Shown here one piece after another: positions 1-10,673 of a DNA stretch of 64,000 bases (position 1 is the first letter of the stretch; each line of letters begins with the position of its first letter). A program made the translations under genes and the position numbers. Where the stretch lies: IMG/VR virus record IMGVR_UViG_3300042381_000885; one strand, 5' to 3'. Source of the DNA: a virus. Its lineage: Duplodnaviria > Heunggongvirae > Uroviricota > Caudoviricetes. The notes beneath the pieces are model-generated. The model did not search any database. It was not told where the DNA came from and saw only the letters and a program-made list of their open reading frames with translations.

Positions 1-690
1 ATTTGTACTTGGAGTATTGGTAATGTTTTAAGAAAAAATAATATTAAAAGTCGAATCCGTAAACATAGTTGTAATGAAAATTATTTTGAAAAAATAAATA
101 GTAATGAGAAGGCGTATTGGTTAGGTTTGTTATTTGCGGACGGGTGTGTTAGAAAACGAAAACAATTTAATGGGAAACACAAACAAGGTGGAATTGTTGG
201 GATATCATTAAAAAATGGGGATGAATATTTGTTAGAGAAATTAATTATTGACTTGGAGTCAACATATAAACTCACTAAACAAATTAAAGATGAATTTTTA
301 AGTTATAAGTTAGAAGTTAATAGCTCAAAAATGACCGATGATTTGATTAATTTAGGTTGTGTCCCAAATAAAAGTTTAGTATTATTACCCCCTAATTTAA
401 CTGATGATTTTATCCCTCATTTTATTAGAGGTTATTTTGACGGTGACGGGTCTATTGGTAGATACAATGGAAGACTTAAATTTAGTTTATTGGGGACAAA
501 TGATTTGTTAAGTTGGATTTTAAATTTTTTTAAAAATAAAGGAATGAAAACAACCCCCAAAATTAGTAAAAATAAAAATATCCATTCAATTCAAGTAAAT
601 TCAAAATCGGATATTGAACTAATTCAAAATATTTTATATACTTCATCTAATGATTATTACCTAAAAAGAAAAAAAGAAAAATTTAAATAA
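1..690 (+). CDS. LAGLIDADG homing endonuclease, two-motif, free-standing (5' truncated by window edge)
   Basis: Frame 1 is open from base 1. Motifs YFEKINSNEKAYWLGLLFADG and HFIRGYFDGDG. Confidence 0.9.
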   Translation: MCTWSIGNVLRKNNIKSRIRKHSCNENYFEKINSNEKAYWLGLLFADGCVRKRKQFNGKHKQGGIVGISLKNGDEYLLEKLIIDLESTYKLTKQIKDEFLSYKLEVNSSKMTDDLINLGCVPNKSLVLLPPNLTDDFIPHFIRGYFDGDGSIGRYNGRLKFSLLGTNDLLSWILNFFKNKGMKTTPKISKNKNIHSIQVNSKSDIELIQNILYTSSNDYYLKRKKEKFK

Positions 691-691
691 T

Positions 692-1543
692 ATGTGTGTA
701 TCTTATGTCGGGGGTAAATCTAAAATCGCCCCACAATTAATAATCCCAAATATTCCAAAAGATATTGAAATATTTGTTGAACCTTTTAGTGGTCAATTTT
801 GGACATTTTTTAAAATGAAATTAGAAGATTATCCAAATCTTAAAACAGTAGTTTATAATGATTTTAATCCATTAAATTATAATATGTATCAATGTTTACA
901 AAACCATCAAAGATTGTTAGAAGAATGTGAAAAACTAATAGTTCAAGAAAAAGATGTATTCCCAACAAATCCAATCTGTGAGGAGACGTTTATTAGGTTT
1001 CAGTCTGAAATATTTGATGAAAATTTTAAAGTACATCCTTACGATTACGTTGTTGCTGCAAAATATGTTTATGTTTTAACCCAAGTATTTTCAGGTGCTA
1101 ACCCATCTAAATCAAAATTTATTGATTTAAAAGGTAAGTATCACTCAAAATTTACTTCATTTAAAAACAAATTAAAAAAACCGGAATGGCAAAAAATGTT
1201 TGAAAGAATTACTTTTGTGGAAAATATGGATTTTCAGGAAGTGATTAAAAAATATGATGGTCCAACAACTTATTTTTATGTTGACCCACCCTACCACATC
1301 GTAGGGGAAGGTAGTTATTATTCAAATCACGATTTTGGAAGACAAGACCATGTAAGATTAGCAAATTGTCTAAAAGGTGTCCAAGGTAAGTTCTCACTAT
1401 CATATTATGACTTTCCCCAACTACATGAGTGGTTTCCTGAAGATGAATTTAGATGGGAGAGAAAAGAATTTTCTAAAGCCGCTGGGGCAAAAAAAGGCCA
1501 AAGTCAAACTAAAGGTGAAGAACTTTTAATTATGAATTATTAA
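692..1543 (+). CDS. dam: Dam-like (D12 class) DNA adenine methyltransferase
   Basis: YVGGKS, FVEPFSG, VYNDFN and catalytic DPPY motifs in alpha-class order. Confidence 0.88.
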   Translation: MCVSYVGGKSKIAPQLIIPNIPKDIEIFVEPFSGQFWTFFKMKLEDYPNLKTVVYNDFNPLNYNMYQCLQNHQRLLEECEKLIVQEKDVFPTNPICEETFIRFQSEIFDENFKVHPYDYVVAAKYVYVLTQVFSGANPSKSKFIDLKGKYHSKFTSFKNKLKKPEWQKMFERITFVENMDFQEVIKKYDGPTTYFYVDPPYHIVGEGSYYSNHDFGRQDHVRLANCLKGVQGKFSLSYYDFPQLHEWFPEDEFRWERKEFSKAAGAKKGQSQTKGEELLIMNY

Positions 1544-1626
1544 AAAAAAAAAGAAGTAAACGATTGTAGGTAATAAATTATTGATTATATTTGCATTCGA
1601 TATATTTATAATTAAATTAAAATAAC

Positions 1627-2955
1627 ATGAAATTCACACCGATATTAAAGTCAATTATTTTAGAACAATCAAAAAAAACAAGATTTGAAATACTATATGA
1701 CGCCCTTACTCAACCTTCACTTGATAAGCAAGGTAAAAAACAAAAACCAAAATTAACAAAAAAAGAATTAAACGATTTAGTTTTAGCTGACCCAACAACA
1801 AGATTAAATGATGTTGAGTTGGATAGTATGTCTAAAGAAGATTTTAATAAAATCAAGGCGGGTAAATATGTCGAATGGTTAATTAGACAATATTTGACTC
1901 TTAAAACTGAAAGACAACCGGGAGAAAACGGATATGACCGTGAACTTGCAAACGTGAGAGAAACTTTCATGGAAGACCTTTATAAAGTTACGGATGACTT
2001 GAAGAAATTTGAAAGATTTAAAAATAGAATCCAAGGGGAGAAAGATATTAATAAATTAACTGTGGACCAATTATATGATGCGGTTAAAGATTTTGATTTA
2101 ACATTAGCGTCAACAACTAAGTCGGAGAGAAAGTCTGCGGATGTTCATCCTGGGTCTAAGTTAGTCTACGATGGGTCTGATTGGAGAGTTATTGAAATTG
2201 AAGATAAAGGACCGGTAGGTAAAGAGGCAGCTTGTTTCTATGGAGGTAATAACGTAGAAACTAGGTGGTGTACCTCAACTCCGGGAACTGACCAATGGTT
2301 TAATAGATATATTAAAGATGGTCCATTATATGTTATTTATAATCCTAATGATACTGACATCTCAACAACAACAGGTTTACCTAAAAATAGATATCAGTTT
2401 CACTTTCCATCAAATCAGTTTATGGATAAGGATGACCGTCAACAAGATTTAGTTCAGTTATTGACTGGTCCTATGTCTGAATTGAAAGACTTCTTCAAAC
2501 CCGAGTTCGCTAAAGGGCTTACAGTCGGTGGTGAGAAATTAGTTATTGATAGTTTCACTCACGGTGCTGTTGGTAAATTCATCGCACTTTATGGATTAGA
2601 AGATTTAATTGGTAATTTACCTGCAACTTTGAAAGAATTCCAAATCCAAAATAAAGATGCTAATAATAATATTGTTATCACTATTCCCGAAGATATTGGA
2701 AGATTTAAAGATTTAAATATGATTATGTTGGATAATTGTGTTGATAGTATTCCGGATTCTGTTTGTAACTTACCAAAACTTAAGTTTTTAGCTTTGATTA
2801 ATAATAAACAACTTAAATCAATTCCTGAATGTGTTTCAAACTTACCAGCATTATTATTCCTTAACTTGAAAGGTAGTCCAAATGTTGATGTACCTCAAGC
2901 TATTAGAGAAAAAGGAACCGACATGGGCGGTGGTATGTGGGATTTACAAGACTAA
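1627..2955 (+). CDS. WCT-motif phage protein with C-terminal leucine-rich repeats
   Basis: AACFYGG..TRWCTS block shared with 8887 and 27390. C-terminal LRR-like pattern (IPEDIGRFKDLNMIML, IPDSVCNLPKLKFLAL, IPECVSNLPALLFLNL). Confidence 0.7.
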   Translation: MKFTPILKSIILEQSKKTRFEILYDALTQPSLDKQGKKQKPKLTKKELNDLVLADPTTRLNDVELDSMSKEDFNKIKAGKYVEWLIRQYLTLKTERQPGENGYDRELANVRETFMEDLYKVTDDLKKFERFKNRIQGEKDINKLTVDQLYDAVKDFDLTLASTTKSERKSADVHPGSKLVYDGSDWRVIEIEDKGPVGKEAACFYGGNNVETRWCTSTPGTDQWFNRYIKDGPLYVIYNPNDTDISTTTGLPKNRYQFHFPSNQFMDKDDRQQDLVQLLTGPMSELKDFFKPEFAKGLTVGGEKLVIDSFTHGAVGKFIALYGLEDLIGNLPATLKEFQIQNKDANNNIVITIPEDIGRFKDLNMIMLDNCVDSIPDSVCNLPKLKFLALINNKQLKSIPECVSNLPALLFLNLKGSPNVDVPQAIREKGTDMGGGMWDLQD

Positions 2956-2968
2956 TTAAGAAAAAAAT

Positions 2969-3316
2969 ATGAATGTAGATATTGAAGTATATTTAAGTGG
3001 ATTAATTAAATTCTTTAAGGATAATCCAAAGGATTTACTCAGTTTAGTTCCTAAAGATAAAGAAAGTGATTTTTACTCTATGTTGAGAAAATTCTCATGT
3101 GACAATCATGATAAAGGACACGACTATGTTTTAACCCGGAATCAAATACTTGAAATATGTGTCCAGTTAAGTGATTCGAAAAATATTTTAGTTTTTCCTA
3201 AATTAATTGATGAGAATGAGTTGGATGAATTAAAGTTAATACTTGATAAAGAACTCAATGATGAAAATTATGAAGAGGCTGCGAAAATTAGGGATAAAAT
3301 AAAAGAAATATCATAA
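2969..3316 (+). CDS. hypothetical protein with C-terminal UVR (UvrB/C) coiled-coil motif
   Basis: ELNDENYEEAAKIRDKIKE. Confidence 0.65.
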   Translation: MNVDIEVYLSGLIKFFKDNPKDLLSLVPKDKESDFYSMLRKFSCDNHDKGHDYVLTRNQILEICVQLSDSKNILVFPKLIDENELDELKLILDKELNDENYEEAAKIRDKIKEIS

Positions 3317-3323
3317 AATAATA

Positions 3324-3357
3324 AAAAAAAAGGAGAACAAATTTGTTCTCCTTTTTT
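3324..3357. terminator. intrinsic terminator, probably bidirectional
   Basis: AGGAGAACAA/TTGTTCTCCT stem flanked by A and T runs. Confidence 0.8.
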
Positions 3358-3366
3358 ATTTTTTAC

Positions 3367-3374
3367 TATCTTTG
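3367..3374 (+). promoter_or_regulatory. Bacteroidota sigma -7 element TAnnTTTG
   Basis: TATCTTTG 5 nt upstream of the ATG at 3380. Confidence 0.65.
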
Positions 3375-3379
3375 CTCTT

Positions 3380-5071
3380 ATGAAACAAGAGATAATAAAA
3401 TTTCAGCATGAAGAGTACCATACTATTATTCATAAGAGTTCAAACCCTATTGATTATAAGGAACCTCGAACAATTCCTACCGATATTTGGTTGGATGAGG
3501 ATGATTTATTTGGTTGCAATAATAAACCTGAAGAAAAACCGGATTCAAGATATTCGGCCAAGAAACCATTATATATTGTAGACAAAATTAATAACGATGA
3601 ACAAGTCTATGTTGAAAATTACGGTAATCCAATTTGCACTGTTAGGAAGGATTATGTTATGGTTGTTATTGAAAGGGATGAGGATAAGATTGCGATGAAG
3701 TTATTTTATGGAGGTAAAGTAAGAACCAAAGGGACCAAATACTTTAAAGTTAATAAAAATGTTGAATATATTACCGTTAATGTAAAGACTGGTGATGTGT
3801 ATAGTGGATACTTGAAAGGATTCCAAAAGAAGAGAAATTATAGTAAAAAAATTCGTCGAAATTATTTTATGGAATCTTCGTTGGATTGGATGAAAAGTAA
3901 AATACGGAACTATTTAAATTTATATAAAATTGAAAACTCGACCAGTATTGCAACTGACCTTGTCAATAGATTTATAGATGAAATAGATAAAAACCGATAT
4001 GAAGATTTGACTATTGATGATAGACTATTCAAATTTTATTTGGATAAGAGAGGTATTAAATATCCTAATAATTTTGGGTCTTATATGAATCATTTAATTG
4101 GACCATCAATTAGAAAAAAATTAAAAAAGAACGGGGGTAAACTAGTTGACGCCTTCATGGATGAATTTAAATTACAAGGTAAAGTTTTAAAAAAATCATT
4201 ACATGAATGTAAAAGATTAAATCTTGAAACATATAATTACGCTAAAGATATGTTTGGTGATGATAGATTAAATCAAGACCCCGGAGTAATAGTTTCATTA
4301 CTAGAAACAACTAATCATGTTAATAACCAACAATCGGGAACCTCATTAAAAGAACTAATGATGAATAGTGAGTTGGATAAATACTATAAGGCGTTTAAAG
4401 AAGTATTTGTAAATTTAAATATGGACACTTATACTTTGGCAGACCATGTTAGAATGTATTTGGAATTACGAAGATATGGTTTGGATGTAAAATGGATGAC
4501 AGATGGAACAGATAGAGATGCTTTCCATAATGAACATCTTGATTGGACGGATAAACTATCTCATTATAAAAATGGTACTTATACTAGAATTTATCCGGAA
4601 ATACTCCATAAGTTATTAACTGAAAAGATTGGAGATTGTGTACCAGTATTATTAACGACATCTGAAGAATATAATGAAGAAAGTTTAACACAATCAAATT
4701 GTGTTAAAGGATATGTGGGAAGACCCGAATCAATTATTGTTTCATTAAGAAATGGTGATGAGCGTGCGACTATCGAATACCAAGTTAAATTAATTGATGA
4801 AAAAATTACAATTAATCGAGTTCAATCTTTAGGTAAGCGTAATCAAACCTTAACTACTGATTGGGATGATGTTATGTTGAGTTTAGATAAAATAATGTTA
4901 TCATTCATTAAAGATAAAAATTTTGAATTGGTTAAGGTTATTAAAGAAAATGGTATGGGGATGAAGATTAGTTCTGATTCTAAATGGGTGTTGACTAGTT
5001 GGGGGTCAACTCAATTAGAATGGGAAAATCCAAGAATATCTAATAATGATAGTTTTTTATGGTTTATTTAA
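3380..5071 (+). CDS. PcfJ-like domain protein
   Basis: C-terminal LLTTSEEYNEESLTQSNCVKGY...IVSLR...RATIEY...VQSLGKRN resembles the PcfJ pattern. Confidence 0.6.
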   Translation: MKQEIIKFQHEEYHTIIHKSSNPIDYKEPRTIPTDIWLDEDDLFGCNNKPEEKPDSRYSAKKPLYIVDKINNDEQVYVENYGNPICTVRKDYVMVVIERDEDKIAMKLFYGGKVRTKGTKYFKVNKNVEYITVNVKTGDVYSGYLKGFQKKRNYSKKIRRNYFMESSLDWMKSKIRNYLNLYKIENSTSIATDLVNRFIDEIDKNRYEDLTIDDRLFKFYLDKRGIKYPNNFGSYMNHLIGPSIRKKLKKNGGKLVDAFMDEFKLQGKVLKKSLHECKRLNLETYNYAKDMFGDDRLNQDPGVIVSLLETTNHVNNQQSGTSLKELMMNSELDKYYKAFKEVFVNLNMDTYTLADHVRMYLELRRYGLDVKWMTDGTDRDAFHNEHLDWTDKLSHYKNGTYTRIYPEILHKLLTEKIGDCVPVLLTTSEEYNEESLTQSNCVKGYVGRPESIIVSLRNGDERATIEYQVKLIDEKITINRVQSLGKRNQTLTTDWDDVMLSLDKIMLSFIKDKNFELVKVIKENGMGMKISSDSKWVLTSWGSTQLEWENPRISNNDSFLWFI

Positions 5072-5400
5072 TTGATATGAAGAAGTCGAATTACATTGAA
5101 AGAATTGAGGTAGATGAAGGAAATAATTTTTCAGTCATGAATTTACCGTGTGCTAATATTGAGTTTGAAAAATTTATTGATGGTAAATTTGAATTAGTTC
5201 ATAGTATTTCAGATATTGGACAAAATTTTAAAATCACCTTCAAAGAGAAACTTTATAAAACAAAACAAGAATTTTATTTATATTTAATAATAACTGAGAA
5301 TGACAGTATTCAAAGTGTAGTCTATTATAAACAGAAACAATTAGACGAACTTAGATTAATCGTCGGACAAATTTTAAAACAAACAAATTTATGGAAATGA
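5059..5400 (+). CDS. hypothetical protein
   Basis: 113-aa ORF overlapping the upstream stop. Confidence 0.6.
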   Translation: MVYLIDMKKSNYIERIEVDEGNNFSVMNLPCANIEFEKFIDGKFELVHSISDIGQNFKITFKEKLYKTKQEFYLYLIITENDSIQSVVYYKQKQLDELRLIVGQILKQTNLWK

Positions 5401-5441
5401 TTTTTTGGGTTACTTGGTGATATTTATAATAAAAGACACCA

Positions 5442-6110
5442 ATGAGCGTAGAAAAAGGGAGAATATATAAAATAACAAATAAAGAAAATGGTTTAATTTA
5501 TATAGGTTGTACTATATCGTCATTAGATAAAAGGTTTAAGGAACATTTATCAAGATGTTTTACCTCAAATTATAAATCAAAGTTATATAACTCAATGAAA
5601 AAATATGGTCAAGAAAATTTTACCATAGAATTGATTGAAGAATGTGATTTTAATTTTATTTACGAAACAGAAAAAAAATATATAGACCAATATAATTCAT
5701 ATAATAATGGGTTAAACGCTACAATAGGTGGTGAAGGTTGTTTAGGGTATGTTCACTCTCCGGAAATGAGGGTTAAAATATCTGAGGCAGTTAAAAATGG
5801 TAATTCTCATAAAGGTAAAACATATGAGGAACTATATGGTGATAAAGCAGATGAACAACGAGAAAAACGACGATTATCAGTTAAAAAAGGTTGGGTGTCA
5901 ATTTCTGATGATGAAAAAGAAAAACGAGTTAATAAAGGAAAAGAAACTAAACAAAAAAACTCTAAGTATGGTGTTGAATTAGTTAAAGAGATTAAACAAA
6001 AAATAAATGAAGGGTTAAAAGTTAAGCAATTAAAAGAACTTTACCCTCAAGTCAGAGAAAATTTTTTCTATGAATTAAAAAATGGTAGAAGTTGGTCTAA
6101 TATAAATTAA
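5442..6110 (+). CDS. GIY-YIG homing endonuclease with NUMOD3-like DNA-binding motif
   Basis: RIYKITNKENGLIYIG, RF.EH, E..YI..YNS...GLN and HSPEMRVKIS. Confidence 0.88.
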   Translation: MSVEKGRIYKITNKENGLIYIGCTISSLDKRFKEHLSRCFTSNYKSKLYNSMKKYGQENFTIELIEECDFNFIYETEKKYIDQYNSYNNGLNATIGGEGCLGYVHSPEMRVKISEAVKNGNSHKGKTYEELYGDKADEQREKRRLSVKKGWVSISDDEKEKRVNKGKETKQKNSKYGVELVKEIKQKINEGLKVKQLKELYPQVRENFFYELKNGRSWSNIN

Positions 6111-6114
6111 AACT

Positions 6115-6435
6115 ATGGAAATTACACAAGAAGAATTAAAACAAAAAATTAAAAATGGGGATAAACTTATTATTGACTTTTGGGCAAAATTTTGCGGACC
6201 GTGCAAAGTTATGAAACCGGCTTTTGATAAAGTATCTGAGGAACTAAGAGAAGGTAACTCGGAAGTTCAGTTATATACCTTAGATGTGGAAGAGAATCGA
6301 GATTTAGCAGTAGAATTAGGTGTTAGAGCCGTACCAACATTAAAATCTTTTTCAAACGGGAAAGAAGTCTATTCTCAACCGGGAATGAAAATGGAATCTC
6401 AAATTAAACAATTAGTTGAAGATTTGTTGAATTAA
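6115..6435 (+). CDS. trxA: thioredoxin
   Basis: IIDFWAKFCGPCK active site and the VRAVPT cis-Pro motif. Confidence 0.9.
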   Translation: MEITQEELKQKIKNGDKLIIDFWAKFCGPCKVMKPAFDKVSEELREGNSEVQLYTLDVEENRDLAVELGVRAVPTLKSFSNGKEVYSQPGMKMESQIKQLVEDLLN

Positions 6436-6437
6436 TC

Positions 6438-6737
6438 ATGAAAGATTTAAATGTTATAGTCTACACAATGAAGGGATGTCCTTTCTGTGTAGATTTCAAA
6501 AAAATACTAACCAAGGAAGGTATAGAATTTTTTGACCGGGATATTGATAAATACAAAGATGAGTATGATACTTTCACTCAAATAACAGAAAATGATATGA
6601 TTCCAGCCTTACTGATTATTGAGGGGGATGATACCAACTACGAATCGTTCTTGTATACTCCGGAGAGAAACTATAACGAATTAACTGAAGCGGTTGATAT
6701 TATTAATCAACATAGAAAGAAAATTGGTATAATTTAA
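6438..6737 (+). CDS. glutaredoxin-like protein
   Basis: IVYTMKGCPFC and MIPALL. Confidence 0.8.
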   Translation: MKDLNVIVYTMKGCPFCVDFKKILTKEGIEFFDRDIDKYKDEYDTFTQITENDMIPALLIIEGDDTNYESFLYTPERNYNELTEAVDIINQHRKKIGII

Positions 6738-7495
6738 AGTATTACTAAATTTTTATTAATTTTTTTAATAAAATCATAATCATCAAGTGGATTGAGTAGT
6801 TCAAAGCTCCAATCCACTTTTTTTATTTCTTTTTCTAACCAAGCCATATCAAAATCAAACACATCAAGTATTGATGAGGTTAGAGTTTTATCTAATGAAG
6901 GTATGTATGTATCGGTTTTCTTTACTGAAAATATTGGTTCACCATCTTCAGTTTTATTTTTAGACATATTGAAAATAAGGGTGTTTACGGGATAGTTTGG
7001 TGGAATACTATAAAAGATATGTTTACCATAATAATAATGTAACCTGCCTTGTCCTAATGAATAACCATGAGGAAACTCAGAAACGGAAACCATCTCATCA
7101 TCAGTTATTTCTGTAATGATATGATTATAGTCGTATGATGACTTTTTATTTTGATATGATTCTATTTGAAAATGACTATAAGAACAATTAGAAGTGTCGT
7201 GATAAACAAATTCAAAATCAATGGGTTTGGACATTTTGACTTCATATTCAATTAAGTCTACAGTATGTGAAAGTTTGACTTTACCGATAAGGTCTTCATA
7301 TTTTTTGAGGAATTCCTCTAATATTATTGGTAAATCCAATACTTGGTTATAACTTGTTTTCCCTTTAATTACGAAGAAATTTTTACAATCAACTACTTTG
7401 ATTATTGTCTCTTCATTATGTGGTATTTTTGATATTATGAAATCGGCAAATAAATTGGTAATTAATATTCTACTACCTATATTTTTTAAAACCAT
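6734..7495 (-). CDS. hypothetical protein; N-terminus weakly like the SAM synthetase N-terminal domain
   Basis: 253-aa ORF. ADFIISKI...TIIKVVDCKNFFVIKGKTS loosely parallels SDAILDA...VACETLV...VAGEIT. Confidence 0.5.
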   Translation of the reverse strand: MVLKNIGSRILITNLFADFIISKIPHNEETIIKVVDCKNFFVIKGKTSYNQVLDLPIILEEFLKKYEDLIGKVKLSHTVDLIEYEVKMSKPIDFEFVYHDTSNCSYSHFQIESYQNKKSSYDYNHIITEITDDEMVSVSEFPHGYSLGQGRLHYYYGKHIFYSIPPNYPVNTLIFNMSKNKTEDGEPIFSVKKTDTYIPSLDKTLTSSILDVFDFDMAWLEKEIKKVDWSFELLNPLDDYDFIKKINKNLVIL

Positions 7496-7589
7496 GTTAA
7501 ATTATGATAAATGTTTAATGTTTTGGGAATTATAAACAATTCTAAAAAATAAAGAAATAGAAAAGGGATTCGTTTTGAATCCCTTTTTT

Positions 7590-8573
7590 TTATATGTAAT
7601 CACCAAATATTTCGTTGATGTTCTTTTTTATCTCAGTCCAACTTGGATAGTCAGGAGCCCAATAAGATAAACAATCACCATTATCATCAAGAATATTAAT
7701 AAAGTCTCCAAAATATTCTAAAGTTTGACTACTTCCTTTACTATTATATAAATAATCTTCGATTGGAGTGTAAAAATCCCTAATAGGCATCTCAAGTACT
7801 TCAATCTGAGTGTCTTTTTTATATGGATGTTGTTGATATTCGTATTTACGGTTTTCAACATCAAATAAATTATCAAGTTTATCCCATACTCCTTTATACA
7901 CATCGGATTCATAAGCACTGTTATATGCATTTGAATGGATTGAAGTTAATTCGCTATCTAAATCGGGTAAATCGTGGTCTAATAAATAACCCATTGTCTC
8001 TGAGTCATTAACAACTGATGCAACATTTTCCATATTAATGGTCGCATAATCGGTATTTTGTTGAGATGAAATATCCTGAAGTAAATCAGTTTGAACATCT
8101 ATTTCAATACCGTCCAAATTTGTAACAATATAATTGTATAAATGTTTTAAATTTTCTTCATTGAGTTCTTCAATAACATCTCTATAAACATCATCGGTCG
8201 TGTCCCAATATCTATCAAAATCAGATTCACCTGAAAGAATTTCACCAATTGTGTCTTGACTAATATCATTTCTACCACCGTCACAAAAAAGTTTTTTTAA
8301 GTCAGTTGAATCTCTCAAGATTAAAACAGGTGGTTTACCTTCTTCAAATCTAACATCACTAATTTGTCTTGCAACCTCTTCTCTAAATTTCTCAGTGTTA
8401 GTTTCTGATAAATAAAGAAGGTAATCATTTTTCATATAATTGTTTTCCAAATTAAGTTCGTCTAAGCGACCTCTTTTATCCATTATTTTAAAAAATGTTT
8501 CGGAGTCATTAAAATATTTCTCAATATCTAAATCACCATCATTGTATAATTCTATTATTTCATCTATATCCAT
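7590..8573 (-). CDS. acidic hypothetical protein
   Basis: 327-aa D/E-rich ORF with TATTTAT just upstream and a terminator at 7561-7590. Confidence 0.75.
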   Translation of the reverse strand: MDIDEIIELYNDGDLDIEKYFNDSETFFKIMDKRGRLDELNLENNYMKNDYLLYLSETNTEKFREEVARQISDVRFEEGKPPVLILRDSTDLKKLFCDGGRNDISQDTIGEILSGESDFDRYWDTTDDVYRDVIEELNEENLKHLYNYIVTNLDGIEIDVQTDLLQDISSQQNTDYATINMENVASVVNDSETMGYLLDHDLPDLDSELTSIHSNAYNSAYESDVYKGVWDKLDNLFDVENRKYEYQQHPYKKDTQIEVLEMPIRDFYTPIEDYLYNSKGSSQTLEYFGDFINILDDNGDCLSYWAPDYPSWTEIKKNINEIFGDYI

Positions 8574-8637
8574 ATCTATAAATATAAAAAAAGGAACAAA
8601 TTTAATGTTCCTTTTTTATTTTTTAACTCCTTGAAGA

Positions 8638-8799
8638 TTAATTTGAGGTTTTATTCACATTGTAATACTTCTCAACCGTCTTCTTAATTGCAGCTTTTAC
8701 ACTCTCTGTTTGTTGTTGTTTAACAGCTTGTGCTTGTTGAATTTGAACGACTTGTTGTTCTGGTGTTTGATTTTGTTTACCCTTGCATCCACAACCCAT
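8638..8799 (-). CDS. small MGCGCK protein, 53 aa (not in the ORF track)
   Basis: Hand translation: MGCGCKGKQNQTPEQQVVQIQQAQAVKQQTRESVKAAIKKTVEKYYNVNKTSN*. Confidence 0.65.
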   Translation of the reverse strand: MGCGCKGKQNQTPEQQVVQIQQAQAVKQQQTESVKAAIKKTVEKYYNVNKTSN

Positions 8800-8886
8800 C
8801 TTGATAATTTTTAATTGTTTATTACTATAAATAGTGATTATGGTTTAATTATAATATAAAAACGATATTTATTAAATAAAAGATTT

Positions 8887-10647
8887 ATGCAATTTTCAGA
8901 ATTAATTATAGAAAGTAGAGAAGATGACTTCAAAAAGAAGTATTCGAAGAAATTTTCACCACAAAACTTAGAAAAAATTACAAAAGATGTCGCCCCAAAA
9001 TACCTAGATTGGGTTGGAAAGGTTATTGACGAAATAAATTTTGATGAAACATTTTCAAAATTGGTTCCTACCGTAAACAGATTTCAAAATATCTCAACAA
9101 ATCTACCTCAAACGGATATTAACCAATACAAAAGTTTTGATGAGTTATATGATTCCATTACAAGTTATGATAGTCGTATTAGAAGAGAAGTAAAACAAGT
9201 TAAAGGTGGTAATGTAGTTTACGATGATGGAGTTTACTTTGTTGTTAATCCGCTAAACTATGAATCATCTTGTTATTATGGTAAAGGGACAAAATGGTGT
9301 ACTGCTGCTGAAACAGACTCTCATTTTAAAAGATATAATGAGGATGGTAAATTATTTTATATTATAGACCGAACAAAGGCGAGTAACGACCCAAATTATA
9401 AAGTTGCGTTATTAAAGAAATTCGATGGTGACATATCGTTTTGGGATGCGAAGGATGATAGAGTTATAAATGTCGAAAGTATTTTTGGAGAAAAAAAATA
9501 TAATGAAATTATGTCATCTGTAGACCAATTCTTGGGGGAGGTATACCCAGAACAAGTTAAACTATATGCTGATAAAGCCGCGGCTAAAAAAGAAAAAGAA
9601 CGACTTGAAAGATTAAGAATTGAGAGAGAAACACGAGAAAAGAGAGAACAGGCCCAAGATAGGAGAGAAGAAGGTGAATGGGGTGGAACATATGAAAATA
9701 TGGATGAGGAAGGATTAAAAGCTCATGCTTTATTAGATTGGTTGGTAAACAATAGTGATGTTGAGGCAATAACCAATGAAGATAGGGTTGAAATTACAAG
9801 ATTGGAGAATGAGATTGAACGATTAGACCAAGAATATGATAATAGCGAAGACCCAAGACCGGAGTTACTTGACCAAAAATTTGAATTAGAGGATGAGTTA
9901 GAAGAATTAAGAAACAAGATTGATGTTTATAATATTATACCAACAGGTAATTTTTGGCATTGTAGCGAATTTGAGGTTATTGATGCTGGGTTAGACGACA
10001 GAAGATATGCGGTTGGGGATGAAGATGATATGAGTAGAAGTGCTTATGAAAGTGTTGAAAATTTAATTGATGATATAGGGTATGAAGGATTTAATAAATC
10101 ATTCGCAATGAATTATTTAGACACAGAAGCTATTGTTGATTATGCTGAAGAACTGTTTAATTATGATATTAATGATTCTCCGGAAAGTTATTTTGATGAT
10201 GACCAACGAGAATTATCGGATAGACAAGAAGAGGATATTAAAGTTGCTAGACTTTTTATTGAGAGAGCGGAAAATCAAATATCCATGATGGAAGACCAAA
10301 TGGATGGAGATAATGATGACGAGATTCAAGAAAAAATTGATGAGTTAAAAGAATCTATTGAAACCTATGAAGAAGAAATTACGGAAATTGAGGAAAATCC
10401 TGAAGGTGATTTCCCCGATGACTTAATTGAAAATATGGTTCATGACAGAGTTAGAGAGGTTAGAGATGACCCTGAAGAATTTTTAAATGAATATGGATTG
10501 GAATGGGATAACTATATTGATAAAGATGATTTTATTGAAGGTGTTGTAAATGAAGATGGATATGGGACCACACTCAATCATTATGATGGAAATGTCGACG
10601 AAATTAAAGTTGGAGACCAATGGTTTTATGTAATGAGGATTGATTAA
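8887..10647 (+). CDS. WCT-motif phage protein with acidic coiled-coil C-terminus
   Basis: SCYYGKGTKWCTAA. C-terminal half is very E/D-rich with internal repeats. Confidence 0.75.
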   Translation: MQFSELIIESREDDFKKKYSKKFSPQNLEKITKDVAPKYLDWVGKVIDEINFDETFSKLVPTVNRFQNISTNLPQTDINQYKSFDELYDSITSYDSRIRREVKQVKGGNVVYDDGVYFVVNPLNYESSCYYGKGTKWCTAAETDSHFKRYNEDGKLFYIIDRTKASNDPNYKVALLKKFDGDISFWDAKDDRVINVESIFGEKKYNEIMSSVDQFLGEVYPEQVKLYADKAAAKKEKERLERLRIERETREKREQAQDRREEGEWGGTYENMDEEGLKAHALLDWLVNNSDVEAITNEDRVEITRLENEIERLDQEYDNSEDPRPELLDQKFELEDELEELRNKIDVYNIIPTGNFWHCSEFEVIDAGLDDRRYAVGDEDDMSRSAYESVENLIDDIGYEGFNKSFAMNYLDTEAIVDYAEELFNYDINDSPESYFDDDQRELSDRQEEDIKVARLFIERAENQISMMEDQMDGDNDDEIQEKIDELKESIETYEEEITEIEENPEGDFPDDLIENMVHDRVREVRDDPEEFLNEYGLEWDNYIDKDDFIEGVVNEDGYGTTLNHYDGNVDEIKVGDQWFYVMRID

Positions 10648-10673
10648 TTTTTTTTAGTTTATATATTAGTCTT

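Noticed and set aside
5400-6115. Group I intron or intein around the GIY-YIG or LAGLIDADG genes
   Set aside because: Flanking genes are intact, there is little room for an intron core, and no intein splice motifs are present.
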